DNA of 64,000 nucleotides from Narcine bancroftii. Taxonomy: Eukaryota. Positions within the stretch are counted from its first letter, which is position 1. Every line of letters starts with the position of its first letter. The position numbers were made by a program, and so were the translations under genes. Below, piece after piece: positions 33,701 through 46,419 of the stretch. Location: NCBI RefSeq assembly GCF_036971445.1, contig NW_027211801.1, forward strand, positions 434,001 to 498,000. The letters run 5' to 3'. The notes under the pieces were generated by a model, which had not been told where the DNA came from, ran no database searches, and saw only the letters and a list, made by a program, of their open reading frames with translations.

Positions 33701-35599
33701 GGATGGATGAGATGTTTGAACGATACATAGATCGTAGAAAGAACCTTAAGAAGGAAATTAGAAAGGCAAAAAGAAGGTATGAGAGGGCTTTAGAAAATAA
33801 GGTGAAAGAAAATCCAAAAGGTTTATACAAATATGTGTACAGCAAAAGGAAAATTAAGGATAGAATAGGTCCTCTAGAAAATCAGGGTAGAGGAATGTAT
33901 GAGGAGCCATATGAGATAGGGGAGATATTGAATTAATTATTCTCATCAATGTTTAAGAGGAAATAAATATTGAATTGTGTAGTTGTGAGGCAAAATGGTT
34001 AGTTATGGAAAAGATAAGGATTATTAAAGAGGGATATTAGAACTTCTGTGGTATAAAAAGGTAGATAAGTCTCCTGGTCCTCATGGGATTTTCCCCAGGA
34101 CCTTAAGGGAGGTCAGGAAGGAAATAACAGAGGCTCTGAAGGTGATTTTTCAATGGTCACTGGAGGAGGGTATGGTTCTGTGGGATTGGCGGGTTGCAAA
34201 TGTGATTCAGTTGTTTAAAAAGGGTGCAAGTTCGAGGCTAAGCAATTATCGGGCAGTAAGTTTGACATCGGTGGTGGGGAAACTAATGGAAGGAATTCTT
34301 AGGGATAATATAAAATATCTGGAAAGGCAGGGATTGATCAGGGACACCCAACATGGGGTTGTGAGGGGAAAGTTGTGTTTGATGAATCTTGTTTAAATTT
34401 TTGAAGAGGTGAACTGAAGTTAGAGCAGATGATGTGGTCTATTTGGATTTTAGTAAGGCTTTCGATAAGGTTTCAAATGAAAGGTTAGTGAGGAAGTCTC
34501 TCGGGATTAATATAGAGACAGTCAGATGGGGTCAGTGGTGGCTGGAAAGTAGGCATCAGAGAGTCATGGTGGACATCTCTCTGTCAGGATGGAGGCCAGT
34601 GACAAGAAGTGTGCCTCAGTGATCGGTGTTGGGTCCTTTAAAGTTTATCATTTATATGAATGATTTGAATGATGGGGTGGTGAACTGGGTGAGTAAATGT
34701 GCAGCCAATACAAAAATAGTTGGAGTTGTGCATAGTGAGGAGGGTTTTCATGGACTACAAAAAGACTGTTTGGAAAGGTGGGCTGAAAGGTGGCAGATGG
34801 AGTTTAATGTAGATAAGTGTGAGGAGCTTCATTGTGGGAGGAATAACCAAAATTGTACATTTGCCATGAAGGGGAAGGCATTGAGGAATGCAGAGGAACA
34901 GAGGGATCTTGGAATAACGGTTCAACAATCCTTGAAGGTGGATTCCCATGTCGATAGGGTGGTGAAGAAGGCTTTTGGTTTTCTGGCCTTTATAAATCAT
35001 TGCATAGAATATAGGATCTGGGGGGTTATGTTGAGACTGTTTAAGGCATTAGTGAGGCCAAGTTTGGAATATTGTGTGCAATTCAGTTCTCGAACTTGTA
35101 GGAAGTATATAAATAAGGTAGAGAGGGTGCAAAGAGGATTTATGAAAATCTTGCCTGGATTGCAGTATCTTAAATATGGAGTAGACTGGAACTTTATTCA
35201 CTGGAGCATAGAAGGTTGAGAGGGGATTTGATAGAGGTATTTAACATTATGAAGGGAATAGATAAAGTAGATGTGAATAGGCTCTTTCCCCTGAGGGTAG
35301 GGGAGATTGGATCAAGGGGTCTTAACTTAAGGGTTAGGGGGCAACACTTTATATAAGAGGATGCTTCTTCACTCAGAGAGTGGTGGCTGAGTGGAATGAT
35401 TGTCCGGAAGTGGTAGTTGTGGCACGGTCATTTCTTTAATTTAAGAGGTTAGATACGTACAGGGATGTGAGGGGGTTGGAGAATTATGGGCAAGGGAATG
35501 GGTAGGTGGAAGCAATGGAGTCACACAAAAATCGATGCGGACGAGAAGGACCAATATGGCCTGTTTCTGTACTGTAATTTGTTACATGGTAATATGGTA

Positions 35600-37360
35600 T
35601 AACAAAGATTGTTATTGTGAGATATAGGTTGTTCCATTATTACTTCATACATCATCAATATATAACCCCTGAAAAATTCAAGAGATATAATTTAATTTCT
35701 TCAGATTTAGATTTCAGGTGCCAGAAGGAAGTAGGTTCATTCCTACATTCTACTTTGTTATGTGATTATGGTGAAACAATTTTGCACATGACTTAAAAAG
35801 TTTTTAGAGAAAGTTCTGAAGAATAAATTGCTGATGGAATCGACATTATTTTTATTAAATAATATTAAAATGTTTACCTTGAAATTGAGAATAACCAGGT
35901 ATCAAATTGTACTTGGGTCCCACACACATCATTCTGGGGGTCAGGATGAGGTGACTTTCCTAGGGTCAAACCTCATCTGGCTGAGGGGCATCTGCAGAAT
36001 CTGTCTCCAGCGCGGGGTCTCGACAGTTTACTGACATCTTCTGTGCTCACGGACAAAATGAATGAAAAATAGATTCTGAAGTTTGGAAATAAAATTCCTT
36101 AAATTTCCTTGAGTTCACTAATTTGTTCTGATCAACGTGGTTCCAGGACCGAACACCCAAACCTTTGCTGAACTGTCCCATGTAGCACAGTAGGACATGG
36201 TTGAATCTCCAGCTTCCAGGCTGAGGATGGTCAAGGAGTGAGTGTTGGCCAAGGTGTCTCTGGATGGGTCGTATCACCTGGTGAACCGGTGGCCTTGGGA
36301 GTATTTATTATTCTGTGTTGTGGCCACCTGAAAGTGGCTACTATTAGACATATAGTGTATCAATACCCACTCTTGAGCTTCTCCGGGTCGCTGTCGGAAC
36401 CAGTTCATGTGGGAACTTCCAACGCTCCCACCCTCCAGCCGACAGTCCAAGTGACCTCTCTGTCCCGCGGAGAGTGGGTCAAACATTGGGGTCTGATCGA
36501 GTTTAACCAATGCCAGGACACCTTCAATGACACAAATAAACATGATACCGTGTTTTCACGGGGAAACAAAGTGCGATGAAAAGCTTAGTTGGAGGGGAGG
36601 TGGGGGGTTATAATACATGGGGAATGGCCTCTTGACTTCTCAACTGGAACCCAGACCATCAGAGATCAAAGGAGACTCGGCACAGAGACAATCGTTCTGG
36701 ACAGGCAAAGACAGAGCAGTGCAATTGGGTTCCACGAACACACGGAGTCGCTTTAGTTCCCCATCTGCAAAGCAACTCTGGAGGCTCTGTTTAAGAAGGG
36801 GTGCCCATGAGGGGGAGGTGTCAGGAGAACGCCAAGCGGCGGAGAATCACCCCATCTGGTTGTGTTCCCTGAAATAAGCAGGTTTGTTCTCAGGTCACAT
36901 ACATGACACAACACAGACATTTTCCTGCGGCCCTTCTAGTCTGTGTTGAACCATTATTTCTGCCTGGTCCCACCGACCTGCACTCCACCCATAACCCTCA
37001 ATACCCCTCCCTTCCACGTACCTGTCCAAGTTCTTCTTAAATGTGATCATGGAGCCCCATTCACCATTTCACCTCGTTCCACACACCAACCATTCCCTGT
37101 GTGAATAATTTTCCCCAAAATCTTTTTCCATTCACTCTTAACGCATGTCCTCTGGATTCTATTTCACCTCCCTTCAGTGGAAATATCCTACCTACATTTA
37201 ATCTGTCTATTCCCCTCATCATTTTAAATACCTCGATCAAATCTCCCCTCATTTTCTGCTGTCCAGGGAATAAAGGCCAAACTTGTTTAACCTTTACCTG
37301 TATCTCAGTTCCTGATGTCTGGGCAATGTCCGAGTAAATCTTCTCTGTACTCTTTCTATC
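35600..37360 (-). repeat. Inverted segmental duplication of ~11860-13870
   Basis: Reverse complement matches the CR1 end, promoter, leader, VJ, J-intron and adjacent L1 remnant of copy B. Confidence 0.9.
36123..36692 (-). pseudogene. Ig light chain (sigma-cart) germline-joined VJ pseudogene, copy C
   Basis: Leader 36692-36644 with ATG>ATT, TGA at 36668-36666 and donor GT>TT; VJ exon 36521-36123 with a 36-nt insert, internal TGA, ..YCATWDSSAKVWVFGPGTTL..; J donor GT>AT; no C exon found. Confidence 0.93.
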
Positions 37361-37369
37361 TTATTCCAG

Positions 37370-38010
37370 CAGCGATGTCACACCTTGTCCCATGGAGCCC
37401 TGGAAATGCAGTATTAAAGAGAAGACTGTAAATCAGTCTTGAGTTGACTAATCTGGTGTTTGTCTTTTTATTAATTTAGTAGCTCTACCGCAGTAGCCGC
37501 TACAATTGGTGACCTGACTGCAAGATTCAGCTGAAGCTTGAGACTACAGTTATAATGGATGCAGCTACAGCAGAAGCGGCACCCACCACCACGGCGGGTG
37601 TTAACGCAGTGGGATTTCACTTGCCTCCTTTCTGGATCTATCTACCTCGGGTATGGCTTATTCAGTTTGAAACCCAGTTTCGTCTTCGAGGCACAACAGC
37701 AGAGGACATGAAATTCTGGCAAGTCGTATGTGCGTTGGACACTGCTACCGCATCTCGAGTAAGCGAATTTATTGCCAATCCCCCGATGGAAAACCAGTAC
37801 ACCAGGATCCGCCAGTTTCTACTTGATACACTGGAAATGACAAGACAGGAGCGTGGCATGCAGCCTTTGAATATGGAAGGCCTGGGTGAGAGGAATCCAT
37901 CGTACCTAAGGATGAAATGCTCACATTTGTGGATGGTCATTCTCATTGCCTGCTCTTTGAAACACTATTCCTATCCAAGTTCCCAGCTCATGTCACCATA
38001 CCCATCTGAA
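37370..38010 (+). mobile_element. Gypsy element 5' part (LTR end, tRNA-Trp-like PBS, gag)
   Basis: ccgctaca-at-tggtgacc near 37500; gag NAVGFHLPPFW...WLIQFETQFRLRG. Confidence 0.8.
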
Positions 38011-38471
38011 GTGCCTAACTGCCTCTACCTTTTTGGGCCAAAGTGTCGCCCCCGTGACCGTTGATCCTGTGGCTTAGAAAGTCTATTGTTTCTATCCCAA
38101 ACTGGCATTTGGTCAGGTTGATTGTTAGGCCAAAGTCACTCAGGGGAGTGCACAGTTGTCCTAGGTGGGCTGTATGCTCTTTGCGATTGCAGCTGGGTAT
38201 CAGGTAAATGAATGCAAACCTGGGTCCCACCCAACTGCGTCCATGACTCTCTGGAAGGTCTGAACTGCATGTTTGAGTCCGAAAGACATCCTTAGGATGT
38301 CATTGGGGTAGACTTAGGGATGTCATTGGGGTAGACTGGGATCTAAATGACAGCCTTGGATAAGGTCGACCTTGGAGAATATCCGCGCCCCGAAAGGTTC
38401 GCGGTGAAATCATGTGCATGTGGCATTGGATAGCTGTCTGGTGTGGTGGCCTCCTCATAGCCTCCACCCTC

Positions 38472-39023
38472 CTCTTCTTTGGCTTGGCTTCGCGGACGAA
38501 GATTTATGGAGGGGGTAAAAAGTCCACGTCAGCTGCAGGCTCGTTTGTGGCTGACAAGTCCGATACGGGACAGGCAGACACGATTGCAGCGGTTGCAAGG
38601 GAAAATTGGTTGGTTGGGGTTGGGTGTTGGGTTTTTCCTCCTTTGCCTTTTGTCAGTGAGGTGGGCTCTGCGGTCTGCTTCAAAGGAGGTTGCTGCCCGC
38701 CAAACTGTGAGGCGCCAAGATGCACGGTTTGAGGCGTTATCAGCCCACTGGCGGTGGTCAATGTGGCAGGCACCAAGAGATTTCTTTAGGCAGTCCTTGT
38801 ACCTTTTCTTTGGTGCACCTCTGTCACGGTGGCCAGTGGAGAGCTCGCCATATAACACGATCTTGGGAAGGCGATGGTCCTCCATTCTGGAGACGTGACC
38901 CATCCAGCGCAGCTGGATCTTCAGCAGCGTGGGCTCGATGCTGTCGACCTCTGCCATCTCGAGTACTTCGACGTTAGGGGTGTAAGCGCTCCAATGGATG
39001 TTGAGGATGGAGCGGAGACAACG
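38472..39023 (-). mobile_element. RTE 3' fragment
   Basis: ORF 38529..39089 is the RTE C-terminus, near-identical to the other short copies. Confidence 0.92.
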
Positions 39024-39601
39024 CACCAAATGCCATCCTTTGTGGTCCACTAGCAGACAGTATGCTCCCAGGACTGACTGTGCGACCACTGCCAGTGTGA
39101 AGGTCCACGGGAAACGGCTATTGGCAAAGCAGAAGTAGATGGTACATGCTGAAGGTCCTTGTACTGCTACTGTTCACTGCCCCCAGGGTTGGGCCTGGCT
39201 TCCCATTCCCAGTGTCGTAGGCTGAGGGGGGAGAAGGACACTAACCTCGTCACCCGTGTTGACCAGGAACTGCCATCCCGAGAGGAAGTCCCAGACATGG
39301 AGGAGGCTGTCTCCTTGGCCAACCTCCATAGTCACTAGTGACAGCTGGCCACAGCGTCACCCTGAAATGTGCAGAGGGGGTGGCAAGCTCACCATGTAGT
39401 AGTACTTCGTGGGGTCGACGGAGACCAGTCGGAGCTAGAACTAGACTTTGGCCTGTTCGGACCACACCAGTGGCTGTGTTGTCCAGAACATTGGCATTCA
39501 TCTTTGGGTCCAAATGCTGTTTGGACCGGTCAGGGTCACCAGTGTAATGAGCACTGCAGCAGAGTGGTAGAGCAACACACACACTCAATGTGACTGAAGC
39601 T

Positions 39602-42600
39602 GAGGAAGTCACGTGATGGAGTAGTGGCCGGACGGTGAACTCCAGCCCTCTCCAGAAAAGTTGAAAAAAATAAAGGAAAGCACAAAGGGACAAAAATAAA
39701 AATTAAAGTAAAGTGAATATAAAGGTGGAAAGAAGATGGCGACGAAAAAAGAAAAGTCGAAACCAATGGTAAGAAGAGAGGAAGAGAAGACAATGGAGGA
39801 AGAAGGAGAAGGCCTTACCTGTTCGAAGAGGCCCGCGGTGGAGAGAGAAGCCCGCTCCCTCAGGTCGGTAGAAAGTGGACTACAAAAATGGCTCGCTGAG
39901 CCGAGTAAAAGTGCGCAACCGCGCATGCGCGACTCCTTGCGCATGCGCGATGCGCATGCAAAAAACACACTGACGGGAGGGGCGACCAGCTGGGGAGTCG
40001 ATCTCCACAGCCAGCAACGACAGCTGCAGAACACCTGCAGCAAGAAGAGAACACAGAAGACAACGAAAACAAGAAAGAAGAGAAGAAAAAGAAAACAAAG
40101 AAACAACAGATGGCCAACCCAGAGGAAGAAGAAGAGGAAGAGGAAGAGTACAGTGAAATGGAAGAAGAAGGGAAAGGCAAGATAAAGGAGGTACTTTCTC
40201 TTATTAAAGGATACATGGATTCATTTAAAGAATGGCAAGCTAGTGATTTAAGAAGAAGAATAAACAGTACAGAAGAGAAAGTGAATAAAATAGATATGAC
40301 CATATCAGAAATAGGAAAAAGAATGGACAAGGTGGAAGAACGAGAAGCAGCAGTAGAAATGGAGGTAGAGGACTTAAAAAAGAAATTAGATGAATCTAAT
40401 AAAAAAGTTAAAGAGACATAAGAGCTGTTAGCTCAGAAAATAGATATAATGGAAAATTATAACAGAAGAAATAATATAAAGATAGTGGGCCTTAAGGAAG
40501 ATGAAGAAGGCAAGAATATGAGAGAGTTTATAAAAGATTGGATCTCCAGGATCTTAGGATGTCCAGAACTACAGCAAGAAATGGAAATAGAAAGGGCACA
40601 TAGAGCATTAGCCTTTAAACCACAACCACAACAAAAGCCAAGATCCATTTTAGTAAAATTCCTAAGATATACTACAAGAGAAAAGGTACTGGAGAAAACA
40701 ATGGAGAAAGTAAGAGAGGACAACAAGCCACTGGAATACAAAGGGCAAAAAATTTTTATTTATCCAGATATAAGTTTTGAACTCCTGAGAAGAGAAAGGA
40801 GTTCAATACAGCAAAGGCGATTTTATGGAAGAAAGGGTATAAATTTATACTAAAGCATCCAGCGGTATTGAAAATATTTATTCCAGGACAGCAAAACAGA
40901 CTATTCTCGGATCCAGGGGAAGCACGAAAATTTGCAGATCAATTACAAAATAGACTGAGAGATGAAGACGTGTAACGAGAGTACAAAAGACTGCGAACTA
41001 AAAAGACGTGTGTATTGGACTATATACATATATAATACATATATTACATAAGTGTATGTGCATTTAAAAGAAAATATATAGTGTATAGAGAAGAATTAAT
41101 GAGGGAAAAAAAGGGGAAGAGATGAGTAAAGAGGGAATTTAGAGAGTGACCTTTGTTGTATATAAAAATTGAAATCTTTTCTTGGGGGGGCTGGGTAGGG
41201 AGAAATTACGGCCACTGCAAAATCAGTTGACGCTTGCGAGTGAATTCGCAAATCCAAATGGAGAGGGGAGATGTGGTTGCCCAACAAGGGATAATGGGCA
41301 ACTCAGGAAGGGGAGGGGACAATGGGGTTAAAGAAATATTAGGTAGGAGAATAAGGGGAATGTTTGATGTGTTAAAAATGTTGTCTTATAAACTGTTCAA
41401 AGAAAGAAAGCAGAAATGGATGAGAAGGAAAGGTGATGATGAGGAAACGGAAGGGAAAGATAAACAAAGTATAAAAAACTATATGACTTTAAATATTAAT
41501 GGAATACATAAACAAATCAAAAGGAATAAACTGCTAAATTTACTGAAAAAAGAAAAAATTGATATTGCATTTGTGCAAGAAACACACTTAACTGAAGTGG
41601 AGCACAAGAAATTAAAGAGAGATTGGATAGGACATGTAACGGCAGCGTCATATAACTCAAAAGCTAGAGGAGTGGCTATATTAATCAGTAAAATGTACCA
41701 ATTAAAATAGAAGAGGAAATAATAGATCCAGCAGGAAGATATGTAATGATAAAATGTCAGATATATTCGGAGTTTTGGAATTTACTTAATATATATTCAC
41801 CTAATGAAGAAGATCAAAAATTTATGCAGGATATTTTTCTGAAGATAGCAGATACGCAAGGGAATATATTAATAGGAGGGGATATCAATCTCAATTTTGA
41901 TTCAAACATAGATAAAACCAGGAAAAAAATTAACAGAAAGAATAAAGTAACCAAATTTATAATTAAATCAATGCAAGAAATGCAACTTTTGGATATATGG
42001 AGGAAACAACACCCAAAGGAAAAGGAATATTCATATTATTCGGATAGACATAAAACATATTCAAGAATAGATTTATTCCTGTTTTCAGCTTGTATACAAG
42101 ATAGAGTTAGGAAAACAGAATATAAAGCTAGAATATTATCGGACCATTCACCCTTGATATTGACAATAGAGTTAGAGGATATCCCTCCAAAAATGTATAG
42201 ATGGAGATTAAACCCCATGCTACTTAAAAGACAGGATTTTAGAGAATTCATAGAAAGACAAATTAAAATGTATTTTGAAATAAATACGGAATCAGTGAAG
42301 GATAAGTTTATATTATGGGACGCAATGAAAGCGTTCATCAGAGGGCAAATAATAAGTTACGTAACTAAGATGAAGAAGGATTACAATCAGGAAACAGAAC
42401 AGTTGGAAAAGGAAATAGCAGATATAGAGAAAGAATTGGCAAGGAAGGAAGACACTACTAAAAGAAGGGAATTGGTAGATAAAAAAAAAATATGAAACAT
42501 TTCAAACATATAAGGTGGTGAAAAATATAATGAAGACAAAGCAGAAATATTACGAACTAGGAGAAAAAACACACAAAATTCTAGCGTGGCAGCTTAAGAC

Positions 42601-45462
42601 AGAACAAACTAAAAGAATGGTATTGGCATCAAGGAAAAAAGACAAACAGATCACATATAATCCAACGGAAATTAATGAAAATTTCAGAGAATTCTACCAA
42701 ACTGAAAACGAAGGGAAAGAAGGCAAAATAGATGAATTCTTAACTAAAATTGAACTACTGAAATTACAAACAGAGGAACAAAATAAATTAATAGAACCAT
42801 TTGAAATAGTAGAAATAGAAGAGACAATAAAAAATCTGCCGAATAATAAAACACCAGGAGAGGATGGTCTCCCAATAGAATTCTATAAAACATTTAAAGA
42901 TTTATTAATTCCTCCCCTCCTGGAAGTAATCAACCAGATTGATAAAACACAAAGCTTACCAGATTCGTGCAAAACAGCAATAATTACAATAATACCAAAG
43001 GCAGGGAAAGATCCACTTGCACCAGCATCATATCGACCAATATCTCTACTTAACACAGATTACAAGATAATAGCTAAATTATTAGCAAACAGATTAGCTG
43101 ATTATGTACCAAAAATAGTAAGTCTAGACCAAACTGGATTCATAAAAAAAAGACGAACAATAGATAATATTTGTAAGTTTATTAACTTAATTCATGCAGT
43201 AGAAGGAAATAAAACTCCAACAGTAGCGGTTGCTTTAGACGCAGAGAAGGCCTTCGACAGAGTAGAATGGAATTATTTATTCAAGGTATTGCAAAAATTC
43301 AGTTTACCAGAGAAATATATTAATTGGATTAAAGCATTATATAAGGGGCCATTGGCAAAAATGACAGTAAATGGATATGTATCAAAACATTTTAACTTAA
43401 GCAGATCAACAAGACAGGGATGCCCTTATTGTTCGCGTTAGCCATAGAACCACTTGCAGAACTGATAAGAACAGAAAATAAAATAAAAGGGATAAAAATA
43501 AAAGGCAAGGAATACAAAATCAGTTTATTTGCAGATGATGTTATAGTATACCTAACGGAACCAGAAACATCAATAAAAGAATGACATAAGAAATTGAAGG
43601 AGTATGGAGAAGTGTCGGGAGACAAAATTAATGCAAATAAAAGTGAAGCAATGCCAATGAATAATGTGGATTTCTCAAAATTCAAGAAAGAATCACTGTT
43701 TAGATGGCAAATGCAAACAATACGATACCTAGGTATACAAATAAATAAAAACCTCAGCCATCTATATAAACTTAATTATTATCCACTAATGAAAAAAATA
43801 CAGGAAGATTTAGAGCATTGGAAAGACTTACCATTAACACTAATAGGAAGGATAAACTGTATTAAAATGAAAATTTTTCCAAGGATACAATACCTATTTC
43901 AGGCACTGCCAATACACTTGACAGAAAAATTTTTTAAGGAGTTAAAGAAAATAATAAGGACATTTTTATGGAAAGGGGGGTATCCGAGGATAGCACTAGA
44001 TAAATTAACAGAATGGTATAGACAAGGAGGCTTACAACTGCCAAATTTTAAAAATTATTATAGAGCCGCACAATTAAGATAGCTATCAGATTTTTACCAA
44101 ACAAAAGAAAAGCCAGATTGGACTAGATTAGAGCTAGACAAAATAGGGGAGAAGATACCTGAACATATATTATATAAATGGGATGAAAAATTGGTAAAAC
44201 ATAGGAATTCTCCAGTATTGCACCATTTGCTTAATATTTGGAAGAAGATTCATGTAGAAAGAAATAAAACAAACTACCAATTATCAAAACTAATACTGAC
44301 GCAAAATCAGCTAATCCCTTTTACGGTAGATAACCTGTCTTTTAGAGAATGGGAGAAAAAAGGGATTAAAAGAATAGAAAATTGTTTTTCGGGGAATAAA
44401 TTATTATCCTTTGAACAAATGAAGGATAAATATAATATAACTCAAGATACAGTGCTGGCATATTACCAGTTGAAATCCTATTTAAAGGATAAATTGGGAA
44501 GGAAGCAATTTTGAATATCTGATTACAGACACAATGATAATTAAAAAAATTATAACAAACATGTATATCAAATTACAAGAAAAGGAGAATGAGGAAATAA
44601 ATGATAAAACTAAACAAAAGTGGGAACAAGATCTAAACATAAAGATAAAAAAGGAAACATGGGAGAGGTTATGTTTAGGAACTATGAGAAATACAATAAA
44701 TATGAGATTACGTATGATACAATATAATTGGATACATAGGTTATATATCACTCCTTAAAAGTTAAATAAATGGGATCCAACAGTATCTGACAGATGTTTT
44801 CGTTGTAAAAAAGAAATAGGAACAACAATTCATGCAATCTGGACTTGAGAAAAGGTGAAACAATTTTGGGAAGATCTAAACCAGATATTAAACAAAATTA
44901 CAGAAAGCAATATACCAAAAAACCCAGAGATCTTCCTGCTAAGTAACATAAAAAATAAAGAATTTGGACTTGATTTGGAGGGTGTACAAAAAGATTTGTT
45001 AAGATAGCCCTACCTGTAGCAAAAAAATGTATTATGTCAAACTGGAAATTAGAAGATAATTTGAAAATACAGCAATGGTATATAGAAATGAATAAATGTA
45101 TTCCATTAGAAAAAATAACATATAGTTTAAGAAATAATATAACATTATTTGAACAAATATGGGAGCCGTACATGGAATATAATAGAGAAAACCTACCGGG
45201 ACATCTATCACCTAAAATGACAAAAGGAAAAGAGAATGGAAAGAATTGACTCAGTGGAAGTTTTTGTTCGTTAATGTTGAGTGACAACATTGTTTGATGG
45301 GTTTGATGTATCTTGGACTCAGAGTTTTGAATGGATGGAGGGGGAGGTGGGGGGGAGGGGAGGAGGGAGGGGGAGAAAACAACACTGTATATATTTGAAA
45401 GGAGAAATGTGTATATCTTGAATAATGTGATCTATAGTGTGAAAAATAAAAAATTTTAAAAA
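39602..45462 (+). mobile_element. Full-length L1-clade LINE (ORF1 and ORF2 with a few stops and frameshifts)
   Basis: 15-bp TSD AATGTGACTGAAGCT at 39587-39601 and 45463-45477; ORF1 (NRRNNIKIVGL, IERAHR, IFIYPD); ORF2 APE (LNING, VQETH, SRID, SDHSP) and RT ([16 protein letters not shown]); G-rich 3' UTR, A tail. Confidence 0.96.
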
Positions 45463-45709
45463 AATGTGACTGAAGCTTAGACTGCTTTTATTGCTCTCCC
45501 TGACCTTGCTTATATGTGCCCAGTTTCCCACCACTGGACCTGGTCTTCCTGCCATTGTTGATAGAAATGATGTCACCAACGTGCCAGCCGCTGATTTGTC
45601 AGCATTCCTGCCAATGTTCGCTGTTGCCCACTGTGCAGGTTATCGGCTGGGAAGAAAGGCAATTAGCCCACGCAGACTTTGTGAGATCATGTCACGAGTA
45701 GGGGGCCAT

Positions 45710-46230
45710 TGCAAGATCTCATTTGGAGTAACTGTGTGCAGTTTGGACCCCTTGTCTTAAAAAGGATGTAATAATGTTGGAGAGAGTAAAGAGAAGATTT
45801 ACTAGGATGATTCCTCAAGGGCATGAGGAACGTTATTGGTTCTTGGACTGTATTCATTGGAGTCTACAAGAAGGAGAGGGGGTTTCAGAAAAATTGAATC
45901 CTGAAACGAATGGACAGAGTTGATGTGAATAAGATGGTTCCCTTGGTGGGTGAATCCAGGACATGAGGGCACAGTCTTAGAATGAGCAGGTACAACAGAG
46001 ATGAGGAGAAATTTCTTTAGCCAGAGGGTCGTGGATTTGTGGACTTCATGGCCACATCCAGCTGTGGAGGCCGGATCATTAGGGAAGTTTAATGGGGAGA
46101 TTGATAGGTATCTAATTAGTCAGTATCAAGGGATATGGAATAAAATGTGAGTACAGTTTAGCTTCAGGTGGATTTGTGGAGCAGACTCGATGGTCCGAAT
46201 GGCCTCCTTCCTTTATGTTGTGCCCTATGA
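45710..46230 (+). mobile_element. CR1 3' fragment
   Basis: CR1 ORF2 C-terminal and 3' UTR similarity. Confidence 0.7.
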
Positions 46231-46419
46231 TGCCCCATTGATCACTGGATCATTCGCCTCTGGTTTTCCCTTCCTGAAGTCAACAATCAGCTCCTTGGTT
46301 TTTGTGACATTGAGGGCAATGTTTTTGTTTGAATATTTGATTTAAATTTTTTATCCGTACATGTAATAATAGCAAATTGCGGAAACATTCATCAAATATT
46401 AATGTCGTTTCCATTATAC

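Larger units (their letters stand above)
26370..35600 (+). mobile_element. Near full-length decayed CR1, interrupted by an ERV at 26809-32501
   Basis: ORF1 SGNH esterase (GDSMVR..MVVCCPGA..HVGPNDIG) resumes after the ERV; APE endonuclease (GVYYR, VGDFNFP) and RT (YLDFSKAFDKV) follow. Confidence 0.9.
38010..45700 (-). mobile_element. Gypsy element remnant on the - strand, interrupted by an RTE and an L1
   Basis: RT fragment (FAFIYL..GLTINLTKCQFG..IDFL), PBS tggtgacc near 39535-39542, LTR split by the L1. Confidence 0.7.
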
